64,000 bases of DNA from the human T2T-CHM13v2.0 reference genome, Homo sapiens. The DNA lies in the NCBI RefSeq assembly GCF_009914755.1, contig NC_060938.1; one strand, 5' to 3'. Positions 26,401 to 39,508 of the stretch are shown here, piece by piece (position 1 is the first letter of the stretch; each line of letters starts with the position of its first letter). Made by a program: the position numbers and the translations under genes. The notes under the pieces were generated by a model that saw only the letters and a program-made list of their open reading frames with translations, searched no databases and was not told where the DNA came from.

Positions 26401-29400
26401 TAATCCCGTTTCCAACGAAATCCTCCAAGCTATCCAAATATCCACTTGCAGATTCCACAGAAAGACTGTTTCAAAACTGCTCTGTCAATAGAAAGGTTCA
26501 ACTCTGTTAGCTGCGTGCATATATCCCAAAGAAGATTCTGAGATTGCTTCTGTCTAGTTTTTATGGGAAGATATTTCCCTTTTCACCGTAGGCGTCAAGG
26601 CGCTCCAAATGTCCACTTCCAGATACTACAAAAAGAGTGTTTCAAACCTACTCTGTGAAAGGGAATATTCAACTCTGTGACTTGAATGCACATATCACAA
26701 GGAAGTTTCTGAGAATGCTTCTGTCGAGATTTTATATGAAGATATTCCCGTTTCCAACGAAATCCTGAAATCTATCCAAATATCCCCTCGCAGATTCTAC
26801 AAAAAGAGTGTTTCAAAACTGCTCTGTAAAAAGAAAGGTTCAACTCTGTTAGTTGAGTACACACATCACAAACAAGTTTCACAGAATGCTTCTTTCTAGC
26901 TTGTAGGGGAAGATATTCCCTTTATCACCATGGGCCTCAAACCGTCCGATAAGTCCACTTCCATATACTACAAAAAGAGCGTTTCAAACCTGCTCTATGA
27001 AAGGCAATGTTCAACTCTGTGACTTGAATGCAGACATCACAGAGCAGTTTCTGAGAATGCTTCTGTCTAGATTTTATAGGAAGATATTCCCGTTTCCAAC
27101 GAAATCTTCACAGCTATCCAAATATCCACTTGCAGATTCTACAAAAAGAGTGTATCAAAACTGCTCTGTCAAAAGGAAGGTTCTTCTCTGTTAGGTGAGT
27201 GCATACATCATAAAGGAGTTTCTGAGAATGTTTCTGTCTAGTGGTTATGGGAAGATATTTGCTTTTTCCCCGTAGGCCTCAGGGCGCTCCAAATGTCCAC
27301 TTGCACATGCTACAAAAAGAGTGCTTCAAAGCTGCTCTCTGAAAGGGAATGTTCAACTCTATGAGTTGAATGCAAACATCGCAAAGACGTTTCTGAGAAT
27401 GCTTCTGTCTAGATTTGATATGAAGATATTCCCGTTTCCAACGAAATCTTCAAATCTATCCAAATGTCCACTTGCAGATTCAACAAAAAGTGTTTTTCAG
27501 AACTGCTCTATCAAAAGAAAGATCCACCTCTGTTAGCTGAGTTCAGACATCACAAACAAGTTTATGAGAATGCTTCTGTCTAGTTTTTATTTGAAGATAT
27601 TTCCTTTCTCACCATAGACCTGAAAGCTGTCCTAATGTTCACTTCCAGTTACTACAGAAAGAGTATTTCAAAACTGCTGTACGAAAGGGAATGTTCAACT
27701 CTGTGACTTGAATGCACACATCACAAAGAAGTTTCTGAGGATGCTGCTGTCTACTTTTTATACTTAATCCCGTTTCCAACGAAATCCTCCAAGCTATCCA
27801 AATATCCACTTGCAGATTCCACAGAAAGACTGTTTCAAAACTGCTCTGTCAATAGAAAGGTTCAACTCTGTTAGCTGCGTGCATATATCCCAAAGCAGAT
27901 TCTGAGATTGCTTCTGTCTAGTTTTTATGGGAAGATATTTCCCTTTTCACCGTAGGCGTCAAGGCGCTCCAAATGTCCACTTCCAGATACTACAAAAAGA
28001 GTGTTTCAAACCTACTCTGTGAAAGGGAATATTCAACTCTGTGACTTGAATGCACATATCACAAGGAAGTTTCTGAGAATGCTTCTGTCGAGATTTTATA
28101 TGAAGATATTCCCGTTTCCAACGAAATCCTGAAATCTATCCAAATATCCCCTCGCAGATTCTACAAAAAGAGTGTTTCAAAACTGCTCTTTAAAAAGAAA
28201 GGTTCAACTCTGTTAGTTGAGTACACACATCACAAACAAGTTTCACAGAATGCTTCTTTCTAGCTTGTAGGGGAAGATATTCCCTTTATCACCATGGGCC
28301 TCAAACCGTCCGATAAGTCCACTTCCATATACTACAAAAAGAGCGTTTCAAACCTGCTCTATGAAAGGCAACGTTCAACTCTGTGACTTGAATGCAGACA
28401 TCACAGAGCAGTTTCTGAGAATGCTTCTGTCTAGATTTTATAGGAAGATATTCCCGTTTCCAACGAAATCTTCACAGCTATCCAAATATCCACTTGCAGA
28501 TTCTACAAAAAGAGTGTATCAAAACTGCTCTGTCAAAAGGAAGGTTCTTCTCTGTTAGGTGAGTGCATACGTCATAAAGGAGTTTCTGAGAATGTTTCTG
28601 TCTAGTGGTTATGGGAAGATATTTGCTTTTTCCCCGTAGGCCTCAGGGCGCTCCAAATGTCCACTTGCACATGCTACAAAAAGAGTGCTTCAAAGCTGCT
28701 CTCTGAAAGGGAATGTTCAACTCTATGAGTTGAATGCAAACATCACAAAGACGTTTCTGAGAATGCTTCTGTCTAGATTTGATATGAAGATATTCCCGTT
28801 TCCAACGAAATCTTCAAATCTATCCAAATGTCCACTTGCAGATTCAACAAAAAGTGTTTTTCAGAACTGCTCTATCAAAAGAAAGATCCACCTCTGTTAG
28901 CTGAGTTCAGACATCACAAACAAGTTTATGAGAATGCTTCTGTCTAGTTTTTATTTGAAGATATTTCCTTTCTCACCATAGACCTGAAAGCTGTCCTAAT
29001 GTTCACTTCCAGTTACTACAGAGTGTTTCAAAACTGCTGTACGAAAGGGAATGTTCAACTCTGTGACTTGAATGCACACATCACAAAGAAGTTTCTGAGG
29101 ATGCTGCTGTCTACTTTTTATACTTAATCCCGTTTCCAACGAAATCCTCCAAGCTATCCAAATATCCACTTGCAGATTCCACAGAAAGACTGTTTCAAAA
29201 CTGCTCTGTCAATAGAAAGGTTCAACTCTGTTAGCTGCGTGCATATATCCCAAAGAAGATTCTGAGATTGCTTCTGTCTAGTTTTTATGGGAAGATATTT
29301 CCCTTTTCACCGTAGGCGTCAAGGCGCTCCAAATGTCCACTTCCAGATACTACAAAAAGAGTGTTTCAAACCTACTCTGTGAAAGGGAATATTCAACTCT

Positions 29401-32400
29401 GTGACTTGAATGCACATATCACAAGGAAGTTTCTGAGAATGCTTCTGTCGAGATTTTATATGAAGATATTCCCGTTTCCAACGAAATCCTGAAATCTATC
29501 CAAATATCCCCTCGCAGATTCTACAAAAAGAGTGTTTCAAAACTGCTCTGTAAAAAGAAAGGTTCAACTCTGTTAGTTGAGTACACACATCACAAACAAG
29601 TTTCACAGAATGCTTCTTTCTAGCTTGTAGGGGAAGATATTCCCTTTATCACCATGGGCCTCAAACCGTCCGATAAGTCCACTTCCATATACTACAAAAA
29701 GAGCGTTTCAAACCTGCTCTATGAAAGGCAATGTTCAACTCTGTGACTTGAATGCAGACATCACAGAGCAGTTTCTGAGAATGCTTCTGTCTAGATTTTA
29801 TAGGAAGATATTCCCGTTTCCAACGAAATCTTCACAGCTATCCAAATATCCACTTGCAGATTCTACAAAAAGAGTGTATCAAAACTGCTCTGTCAAAAGG
29901 AAGGTTCTTCTCTGTTAGGTGAGTGCATACGTCATAAAGGAGTTTCTGAGAATGTTTCTGTCTAGTGGTTATGGGAAGATATTTGCTTTTTCCCCGTAGG
30001 CCTCAGGGCGCTCCAAATGTCCACTTGCACATGCTACAAAAAGAGTGCTTCAAAGCTGCTCTCTGAAAGGGAATGTTCAACTCTATGAGTTGAATGCAAA
30101 CATCGCAAAGACGTTTCTGAGAATGCTTCTGTCTAGATTTGATATGAAGATATTCCCGTTTCCAACGAAATCTTCAAATCTATCCAAATGTCCACTTGCA
30201 GATTCAACAAAAAGTGTTTTTCAGAACTGCTCTATCAAAAGAAAGATCCACCTCTGTTAGCTGAGTTCAGACATCACAAACAAGTTTATGAGAATGCTTC
30301 TGTCTAGTTTTTATTTGAAGATATTTCCTTTCTCACCATAGACCTGAAAGCTGTCCTAATGTTCACTTCCAGTTACTACAGAAAGAGTATTTCAAAACTG
30401 CTGTACGAAAGGGAATGTTCAACTCTGTGACTTGAATGCACACATCACAAAGAAGTTTCTGAGGATGCTGCTGTCTACTTTTTATACTTAATCCCGTTTC
30501 CAACGAAATCCTCCAAGCTATCCAAATATCCACTTGCAGATTCCACAGAAAGACTGTTTCAAAACTGCTCTGTCAATAGAAAGGTTCAACTCTGTTAGCT
30601 GCGTGCATATATCCCAAAGCAGATTCTGAGATTGCTTCTGTCTAGTTTTTATGGGAAGATATTTCCCTTTTCACCGTAGGCGTCAAGGCGCTCCAAATGT
30701 CCACTTCCAGATACTACAAAAAGAGTGTTTCAAACCTACTCTGTGAAAGGGAATATTCAACTCTGTGACTTGAATGCACATATCACAAGGAAGTTTCTGA
30801 GAATGCTTCTGTCGAGATTTTATATGAAGATATTCCCGTTTCCAACGAAATCCTGAAATCTATCCAAATATCCCCTCGCAGATTCTACAAAAAGAGTGTT
30901 TCAAAACTGCTCTTTAAAAAGAAAGGTTCAACTCTGTTAGTTGAGTACACACATCACAAACAAGTTTCACAGAATGCTTCTTTCTAGCTTGTAGGGGAAG
31001 ATATTCCCTTTATCACCATGGGCCTCAAACCGTCCGATAAGTCCACTTCCATATACTACAAAAAGAGCGTTTCAAACCTGCTCTATGAAAGGCAACGTTC
31101 AACTCTGTGACTTGAATGCAGACATCACAGAGCAGTTTCTGAGAATGCTTCTGTCTAGATTTTATAGGAAGATATTCCCGTTTCCAACGAAATCTTCACA
31201 GCTATCCAAATATCCACTTGCAGATTCTACAAAAAGAGTGTATCAAAACTGCTCTGTCAAAAGGAAGGTTCTTCTCTGTTAGGTGAGTGCATACGTCATA
31301 AAGGAGTTTCTGAGAATGTTTCTGTCTAGTGGTTATGGGAAGATATTTGCTTTTTCCCCGTAGGCCTCAGGGCGCTCCAAATGTCCACTTGCACATGCTA
31401 CAAAAAGAGTGCTTCAAAGCTGCTCTCTGAAAGGGAATGTTCAACTCTATGAGTTGAATGCAAACATCGCAAAGACGTTTCTGAGAATGCTTCTGTCTAG
31501 ATTTGATATGAAGATATTCCCGTTTCCAACGAAATCTTCAAATCTATCCAAATGTCCACTTGCAGATTCAACAAAAAGTGTTTTTCAGAACTGCTCTATC
31601 AAAAGAAAGATCCACCTCTGTTAGCTGAGTTCAGACATCACAAACAAGTTTATGAGAATGCTTCTGTCTAGTTTTTATTTGAAGATATTTCCTTTCTCAC
31701 CATAGACCTGAAAGCTGTCCTAATGTTCACTTCCAGTTACTACAGAAAGAGTATTTCAAAACTGCTGTACGAAAGGGAATGTTCAACTCTGTGACTTGAA
31801 TGCACACATCACAAAGAAGTTTCTGAGGATGCTGCTGTCTACTTTTTATACTTAATCCCGTTTCCAACGAAATCCTCCAAGCTATCCAAATATCCACTTG
31901 CAGATTCCACAGAAAGACTGTTTCAAAACTGCTCTGTCAATAGAAAGGTTCAACTCTGTTAGCTGCGTGCATATATCCCAAAGCAGATTCTGAGATTGCT
32001 TCTGTCTAGTTTTTATGGGAAGATATTTCCCTTTTCACCGTAGGCGTCAAGGCGCTCCAAATGTCCACTTCCAGATACTACAAAAAGAGTGTTTCAAACC
32101 TACTCTGTGAAAGGGAATATTCAACTCTGTGACTTGAATGCACATATCACAAGGAAGTTTCTGAGAATGCTTCTGTCGAGATTTTATATGAAGATATTCC
32201 CGTTTCCAACGAAATCCTGAAATCTATCCAAATATCCCCTCGCAGATTCTACAAAAAGAGTGTTTCAAAACTGCTCTTTAAAAAGAAAGGTTCAACTCTG
32301 TTAGTTGAGTACACACATCACAAACAAGTTTCACAGAATGCTTCTTTCTAGCTTGTAGGGGAAGATATTCCCTTTATCACCATGGGCCTCAAACCGTCCG

Positions 32401-35400
32401 ATAAGTCCACTTCCATATACTACAAAAAGAGCGTTTCAAACCTGCTCTATGAAAGGCAACGTTCAACTCTGTGACTTGAATGCAGACATCACAGAGCAGT
32501 TTCTGAGAATGCTTCTGTCTAGATTTTATAGGAAGATATTCCCGTTTCCAACGAAATCTTCACAGCTATCCAAATATCCACTTGCAGATTCTACAAAAAG
32601 AGTGTATCAAAACTGCTCTGTCAAAAGGAAGGTTCTTCTCTGTTAGGTGAGTGCATACGTCATAAAGGAGTTTCTGAGAATGTTTCTGTCTAGTGGTTAT
32701 GGGAAGATATTTGCTTTTTCCCCGTAGGCCTCAGGGCGCTCCAAATGTCCACTTGCACATGCTACAAAAAGAGTGCTTCAAAGCTGCTCTCTGAAAGGGA
32801 ATGTTCAACTCTATGAGTTGAATGCAAACATCACAAAGACGTTTCTGAGAATGCTTCTGTCTAGATTTGATATGAAGATATTCCCGTTTCCAACGAAATC
32901 TTCAAATCTATCCAAATGTCCACTTGCAGATTCAACAAAAAGTGTTTTTCAGAACTGCTCTATCAAAAGAAAGATCCACCTCTGTTAGCTGAGTTCACAC
33001 ATCACAAACAAGTTTATGAGAATGCTTCTGTCTAGTTTTTATTTGAAGATATTTCCTTTCTCACCATAGACCTGAAAGCTGTCCTAATGTTCACTTCCAG
33101 TTACTACAGAGTGTTTCAAAACTGCTGTACGAAAGGGAATGTTCAACTCTGTGACTTGAATGCACACATCACAAAGAAGTTTCTGAGGATGCTGCTGTCT
33201 ACTTTTTATACTTAATCCCGTTTCCAACGAAATCCTCCAAGCTATCCAAATATCCACTTGCAGATTCCACAGAAAGACTGTTTCAAAACTGCTCTGTCAA
33301 TAGAAAGGTTCAACTCTGTTAGCTGCGTGCATATATCCCAAAGCAGATTCTGAGATTGCTTCTGTCTAGTTTTTATGGGAAGATATTTCCCTTTTCACCG
33401 TAGGCGTCAAGGCGCTCCAAATGTCCACTTCCAGATACTACAAAAAGAGTGTTTCAAACCTACTCTGTGAAAGGGAATATTCAACTCTGTGACTTGAATG
33501 CACATATCACAAGGAAGTTTCTGAGAATGCTTCTGTCGAGATTTTATATGAAGATATTCCCGTTTCCAACGAAATCCTGAAATCTATCCAAATATCCCCT
33601 CGCAGATTCTACAAAAAGAGTGTTTCAAAACTGCTCTTTAAAAAGAAAGGTTCAACTCTGTTAGTTGAGTACACACATCACAAACAAGTTTCACAGAATG
33701 CTTCTTTCTAGCTTGTAGGGGAAGATATTCCCTTTATCACCATGGGCCTCAAACCGTCCGATAAGTCCACTTCCATATACTACAAAAAGAGCGTTTCAAA
33801 CCTGCTCTATGAAAGGCAACGTTCAACTCTGTGACTTGAATGCAGACATCACAGAGCAGTTTCTGAGAATGCTTCTGTCTAGATTTTATAGGAAGATATT
33901 CCCGTTTCCAACGAAATCTTCACAGCTATCCAAATATCCACTTGCAGATTCTACAAAAAGAGTGTATCAAAACTGCTCTGTCAAAAGGAAGGTTCTTCTC
34001 TGTTAGGTGAGTGCATACGTCATAAAGGAGTTTCTGAGAATGTTTCTGTCTAGTGGTTATGGGAAGATATTTGCTTTTTCCCCGTAGGCCTCAGGGCGCT
34101 CCAAATGTCCACTTGCACATGCTACAAAAAGAGTGCTTCAAAGCTGCTCTCTGAAAGGGAATGTTCAACTCTATGAGTTGAATGCAAACATCACAAAGAC
34201 GTTTCTGAGAATGCTTCTGTCTAGATTTGATATGAAGATATTCCCGTTTCCAACGAAATCTTCAAATCTATCCAAATGTCCACTTGCAGATTCAACAAAA
34301 AGTGTTTTTCAGAACTGCTCTATCAAAAGAAAGATCCACCTCTGTTAGCTGAGTTCAGACATCACAAACAAGTTTATGAGAATGCTTCTGTCTAGTTTTT
34401 ATTTGAAGATATTTCCTTTCTCACCATAGACCTGAAAGCTGTCCTAATGTTCACTTCCAGTTACTACAGAAAGAGTATTTCAAAACTGCTGTACGAAAGG
34501 GAATGTTCAACTCTGTGACTTGAATGCACACATCACAAAGAAGTTTCTGAGGATGCTGCTGTCTACTTTTTATACTTAATCCCGTTTCCAACGAAATCCT
34601 CCAAGCTATCCAAATATCCACTTGCAGATTCCACAGAAAGACTGTTTCAAAACTGCTCTGTCAATAGAAAGGTTCAACTCTGTTAGCTGCGTGCATATAT
34701 CCCAAAGCAGATTCTGAGATTGCTTCTGTCTAGTTTTTATGGGAAGATATTTCCCTTTTCACCGTAGGCGTCAAGGCGCTCCAAATGTCCACTTCCAGAT
34801 ACTACAAAAAGAGTGTTTCAAACCTACTCTGTGAAAGGGAATATTCAACTCTGTGACTTGAATGCACATATCACAAGGAAGTTTCTGAGAATGCTTCTGT
34901 CGAGATTTTATATGAAGATATTCCCGTTTCCAACGAAATCCTGAAATCTATCCAAATATCCCCTCGCAGATTCTACAAAAAGAGTGTTTCAAAACTGCTC
35001 TTTAAAAAGAAAGGTTCAACTCTGTTAGTTGAGTACACACATCACAAACAAGTTTCACAGAATGCTTCTTTCTAGCTTGTAGGGGAAGATATTCCCTTTA
35101 TCACCATGGGCCTCAAACCGTCCGATAAGTCCACTTCCATATACTACAAAAAGAGCGTTTCAAACCTGCTCTATGAAAGGCAACGTTCAACTCTGTGACT
35201 TGAATGCAGACATCACAGAGCAGTTTCTGAGAATGCTTCTGTCTAGATTTTATAGGAAGATATTCCCGTTTCCAACGAAATCTTCACAGCTATCCAAATA
35301 TCCACTTGCAGATTCTACAAAAAGAGTGTATCAAAACTGCTCTGTCAAAAGGAAGGTTCTTCTCTGTTAGGTGAGTGCATACGTCATAAAGGAGTTTCTG

Positions 35401-38400
35401 AGAATGTTTCTGTCTAGTGGTTATGGGAAGATATTTGCTTTTTCCCCGTAGGCCTCAGGGCGCTCCAAATGTCCACTTGCACATGCTACAAAAAGAGTGC
35501 TTCAAAGCTGCTCTCTGAAAGGGAATGTTCAACTCTATGAGTTGAATGCAAACATCACAAAGACGTTTCTGAGAATGCTTCTGTCTAGATTTGATATGAA
35601 GATATTCCCGTTTCCAACGAAATCTTCAAATCTATCCAAATGTCCACTTGCAGATTCAACAAAAAGTGTTTTTCAGAACTGCTCTATCAAAAGAAAGATC
35701 CACCTCTGTTAGCTGAGTTCAGACATCACAAACAAGTTTATGAGAATGCTTCTGTCTAGTTTTTATTTGAAGATATTTCCTTTCTCACCATAGACCTGAA
35801 AGCTGTCCTAATGTTCACTTCCAGTTACTACAGAAAGAGTATTTCAAAACTGCTGTACGAAAGGGAATGTTCAACTCTGTGACTTGAATGCACACATCAC
35901 AAAGAAGTTTCTGAGGATGCTGCTGTCTACTTTTTATACTTAATCCCGTTTCCAACGAAATCCTCCAAGCTATCCAAATATCCACTTGCAGATTCCACAG
36001 AAAGACTGTTTCAAAACTGCTCTGTCAATAGAAAGGTTCAACTCTGTTAGCTGCGTGCATATATCCCAAAGCAGATTCTGAGATTGCTTCTGTCTAGTTT
36101 TTATGGGAAGATATTTCCCTTTTCACCGTAGGCGTCAAGGCGCTCCAAATGTCCACTTCCAGATACTACAAAAAGAGTGTTTCAAACCTACTCTGTGAAA
36201 GGGAATATTCAACTCTGTGACTTGAATGCACATATCACAAGGAAGTTTCTGAGAATGCTTCTGTCGAGATTTTATATGAAGATATTCCCGTTTCCAACGA
36301 AATCCTGAAATCTATCCAAATATCCCCTCGCAGATTCTACAAAAAGAGTGTTTCAAAACTGCTCTTTAAAAAGAAAGGTTCAACTCTGTTAGTTGAGTAC
36401 ACACATCACAAACAAGTTTCACAGAATGCTTCTTTCTAGCTTGTAGGGGAAGATATTCCCTTTATCACCATGGGCCTCAAACCGTCCGATAAGTCCACTT
36501 CCATATACTACAAAAAGAGCGTTTCAAACCTGCTCTATGAAAGGCAACGTTCAACTCTGTGACTTGAATGCAGACATCACAGAGCAGTTTCTGAGAATGC
36601 TTCTGTCTAGATTTTATAGGAAGATATTCCCGTTTCCAACGAAATCTTCACAGCTATCCAAATATCCACTTGCAGATTCTACAAAAAGAGTGTATCAAAA
36701 CTGCTCTGTCAAAAGGAAGGTTCTTCTCTGTTAGGTGAGTGCATACGTCATAAAGGAGTTTCTGAGAATGTTTCTGTCTAGTGGTTATGGGAAGATATTT
36801 GCTTTTTCCCCGTAGGCCTCAGGGCGCTCCAAATGTCCACTTGCACATGCTACAAAAAGAGTGCTTCAAAGCTGCTCTCTGAAAGGGAATGTTCAACTCT
36901 ATGAGTTGAATGCAAACATCACAAAGACGTTTCTGAGAATGCTTCTGTCTAGATTTGATATGAAGATATTCCCGTTTCCAACGAAATCTTCAAATCTATC
37001 CAAATGTCCACTTGCAGATTCAACAAAAAGTGTTTTTCAGAACTGCTCTATCAAAAGAAAGATCCACCTCTGTTAGCTGAGTTCAGACATCACAAACAAG
37101 TTTATGAGAATGCTTCTGTCTAGTTTTTATTTGAAGATATTTCCTTTCTCACCATAGACCTGAAAGCTGTCCTAATGTTCACTTCCAGTTACTACAGAGT
37201 GTTTCAAAACTGCTGTACGAAAGGGAATGTTCAACTCTGTGACTTGAATGCACACATCACAAAGAAGTTTCTGAGGATGCTGCTGTCTACTTTTTATACT
37301 TAATCCCGTTTCCAACGAAATCCTCCAAGCTATCCAAATATCCACTTGCAGATTCCACAGAAAGACTGTTTCAAAACTGCTCTGTCAATAGAAAGGTTCA
37401 ACTCTGTTAGCTGCGTGCATATATCCCAAAGCAGATTCTGAGATTGCTTCTGTCTAGTTTTTATGGGAAGATATTTCCCTTTTCACCGTAGGCGTCAAGG
37501 CGCTCCAAATGTCCACTTCCAGATACTACAAAAAGAGTGTTTCAAACCTACTCTGTGAAAGGGAATATTCAACTCTGTGACTTGAATGCACATATCACAA
37601 GGAAGTTTCTGAGAATGCTTCTGTCGAGATTTTATATGAAGATATTCCCGTTTCCAACGAAATCCTGAAATCTATCCAAATATCCCCTCGCAGATTCTAC
37701 AAAAAGAGTGTTTCAAAACTGCTCTTTAAAAAGAAAGGTTCAACTCTGTTAGTTGAGTACACACATCACAAACAAGTTTCACAGAATGCTTCTTTCTAGC
37801 TTGTAGGGGAAGATATTCCCTTTATCACCATGGGCCTCAAACCGTCCGATAAGTCCACTTCCATATACTACAAAAAGAGCGTTTCAAACCTGCTCTATGA
37901 AAGGCAACGTTCAACTCTGTGACTTGAATGCAGACATCACAGAGCAGTTTCTGAGAATGCTTCTGTCTAGATTTTATAGGAAGATATTCCCGTTTCCAAC
38001 GAAATCTTCACAGCTATCCAAATATCCACTTGCAGATTCTACAAAAAGAGTGTATCAAAACTGCTCTGTCAAAAGGAAGGTTCTTCTCTGTTAGGTGAGT
38101 GCATACGTCATAAAGGAGTTTCTGAGAATGTTTCTGTCTAGTGGTTATGGGAAGATATTTGCTTTTTCCCCGTAGGCCTCAGGGCGCTCCAAATGTCCAC
38201 TTGCACATGCTACAAAAAGAGTGCTTCAAAGCTGCTCTCTGAAAGGGAATGTTCAACTCTATGAGTTGAATGCAAACATCACAAAGACGTTTCTGAGAAT
38301 GCTTCTGTCTAGATTTGATATGAAGATATTCCCGTTTCCAACGAAATCTTCAAATCTATCCAAATGTCCACTTGCAGATTCAACAAAAAGTGTTTTTCAG

Positions 38401-39508
38401 AACTGCTCTATCAAAAGAAAGATCCACCTCTGTTAGCTGAGTTCAGACATCACAAACAAGTTTATGAGAATGCTTCTGTCTAGTTTTTATTTGAAGATAT
38501 TTCCTTTCTCACCATAGACCTGAAAGCTGTCCTAATGTTCACTTCCAGTTACTACAGAGTGTTTCAAAACTGCTGTACGAAAGGGAATGTTCAACTCTGT
38601 GACTTGAATGCACACATCACAAAGAAGTTTCTGAGGATGCTGCTGTCTACTTTTTATACTTAATCCCGTTTCCAACGAAATCCTCCAAGCTATCCAAATA
38701 TCCACTTGCAGATTCCACAGAAAGACTGTTTCAAAACTGCTCTGTCAATAGAAAGGTTCAACTCTGTTAGCTGCGTGCATATATCCCAAAGCAGATTCTG
38801 AGATTGCTTCTGTCTAGTTTTTATGGGAAGATATTTCCCTTTTCACCGTAGGCGTCAAGGCGCTCCAAATGTCCACTTCCAGATACTACAAAAAGAGTGT
38901 TTCAAACCTACTCTGTGAAAGGGAATATTCAACTCTGTGACTTGAATGCACATATCACAAGGAAGTTTCTGAGAATGCTTCTGTCGAGATTTTATATGAA
39001 GATATTCCCGTTTCCAACGAAATCCTGAAATCTATCCAAATATCCCCTCGCAGATTCTACAAAAAGAGTGTTTCAAAACTGCTCTTTAAAAAGAAAGGTT
39101 CAACTCTGTTAGTTGAGTACACACATCACAAACAAGTTTCACAGAATGCTTCTTTCTAGCTTGTAGGGGAAGATATTCCCTTTATCACCATGGGCCTCAA
39201 ACCGTCCGATAAGTCCACTTCCATATACTACAAAAAGAGCGTTTCAAACCTGCTCTATGAAAGGCAACGTTCAACTCTGTGACTTGAATGCAGACATCAC
39301 AGAGCAGTTTCTGAGAATGCTTCTGTCTAGATTTTATAGGAAGATATTCCCGTTTCCAACGAAATCTTCACAGCTATCCAAATATCCACTTGCAGATTCT
39401 ACAAAAAGAGTGTATCAAAACTGCTCTGTCAAAAGGAAGGTTCTTCTCTGTTAGGTGAGTGCATACGTCATAAAGGAGTTTCTGAGAATGTTTCTGTCTA
39501 GTGGTTAT
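20433..39508. repeat. Copy A of a multi-HOR segmental duplication (HORs 16-29, 14 units)
   Basis: Rare markers 21904A, 22659G, 27207A and 32998C, and the order of HOR types, recur 19,076 bp downstream. Boundaries are uncertain by about one HOR. Confidence 0.85.
23157..24520 (-). repeat. Minority divergent HOR haplotype, copy 3 (HOR 18)
   Basis: Same linked SNV set as HOR 9, without its private 11597T and 11848T. Confidence 0.9.
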
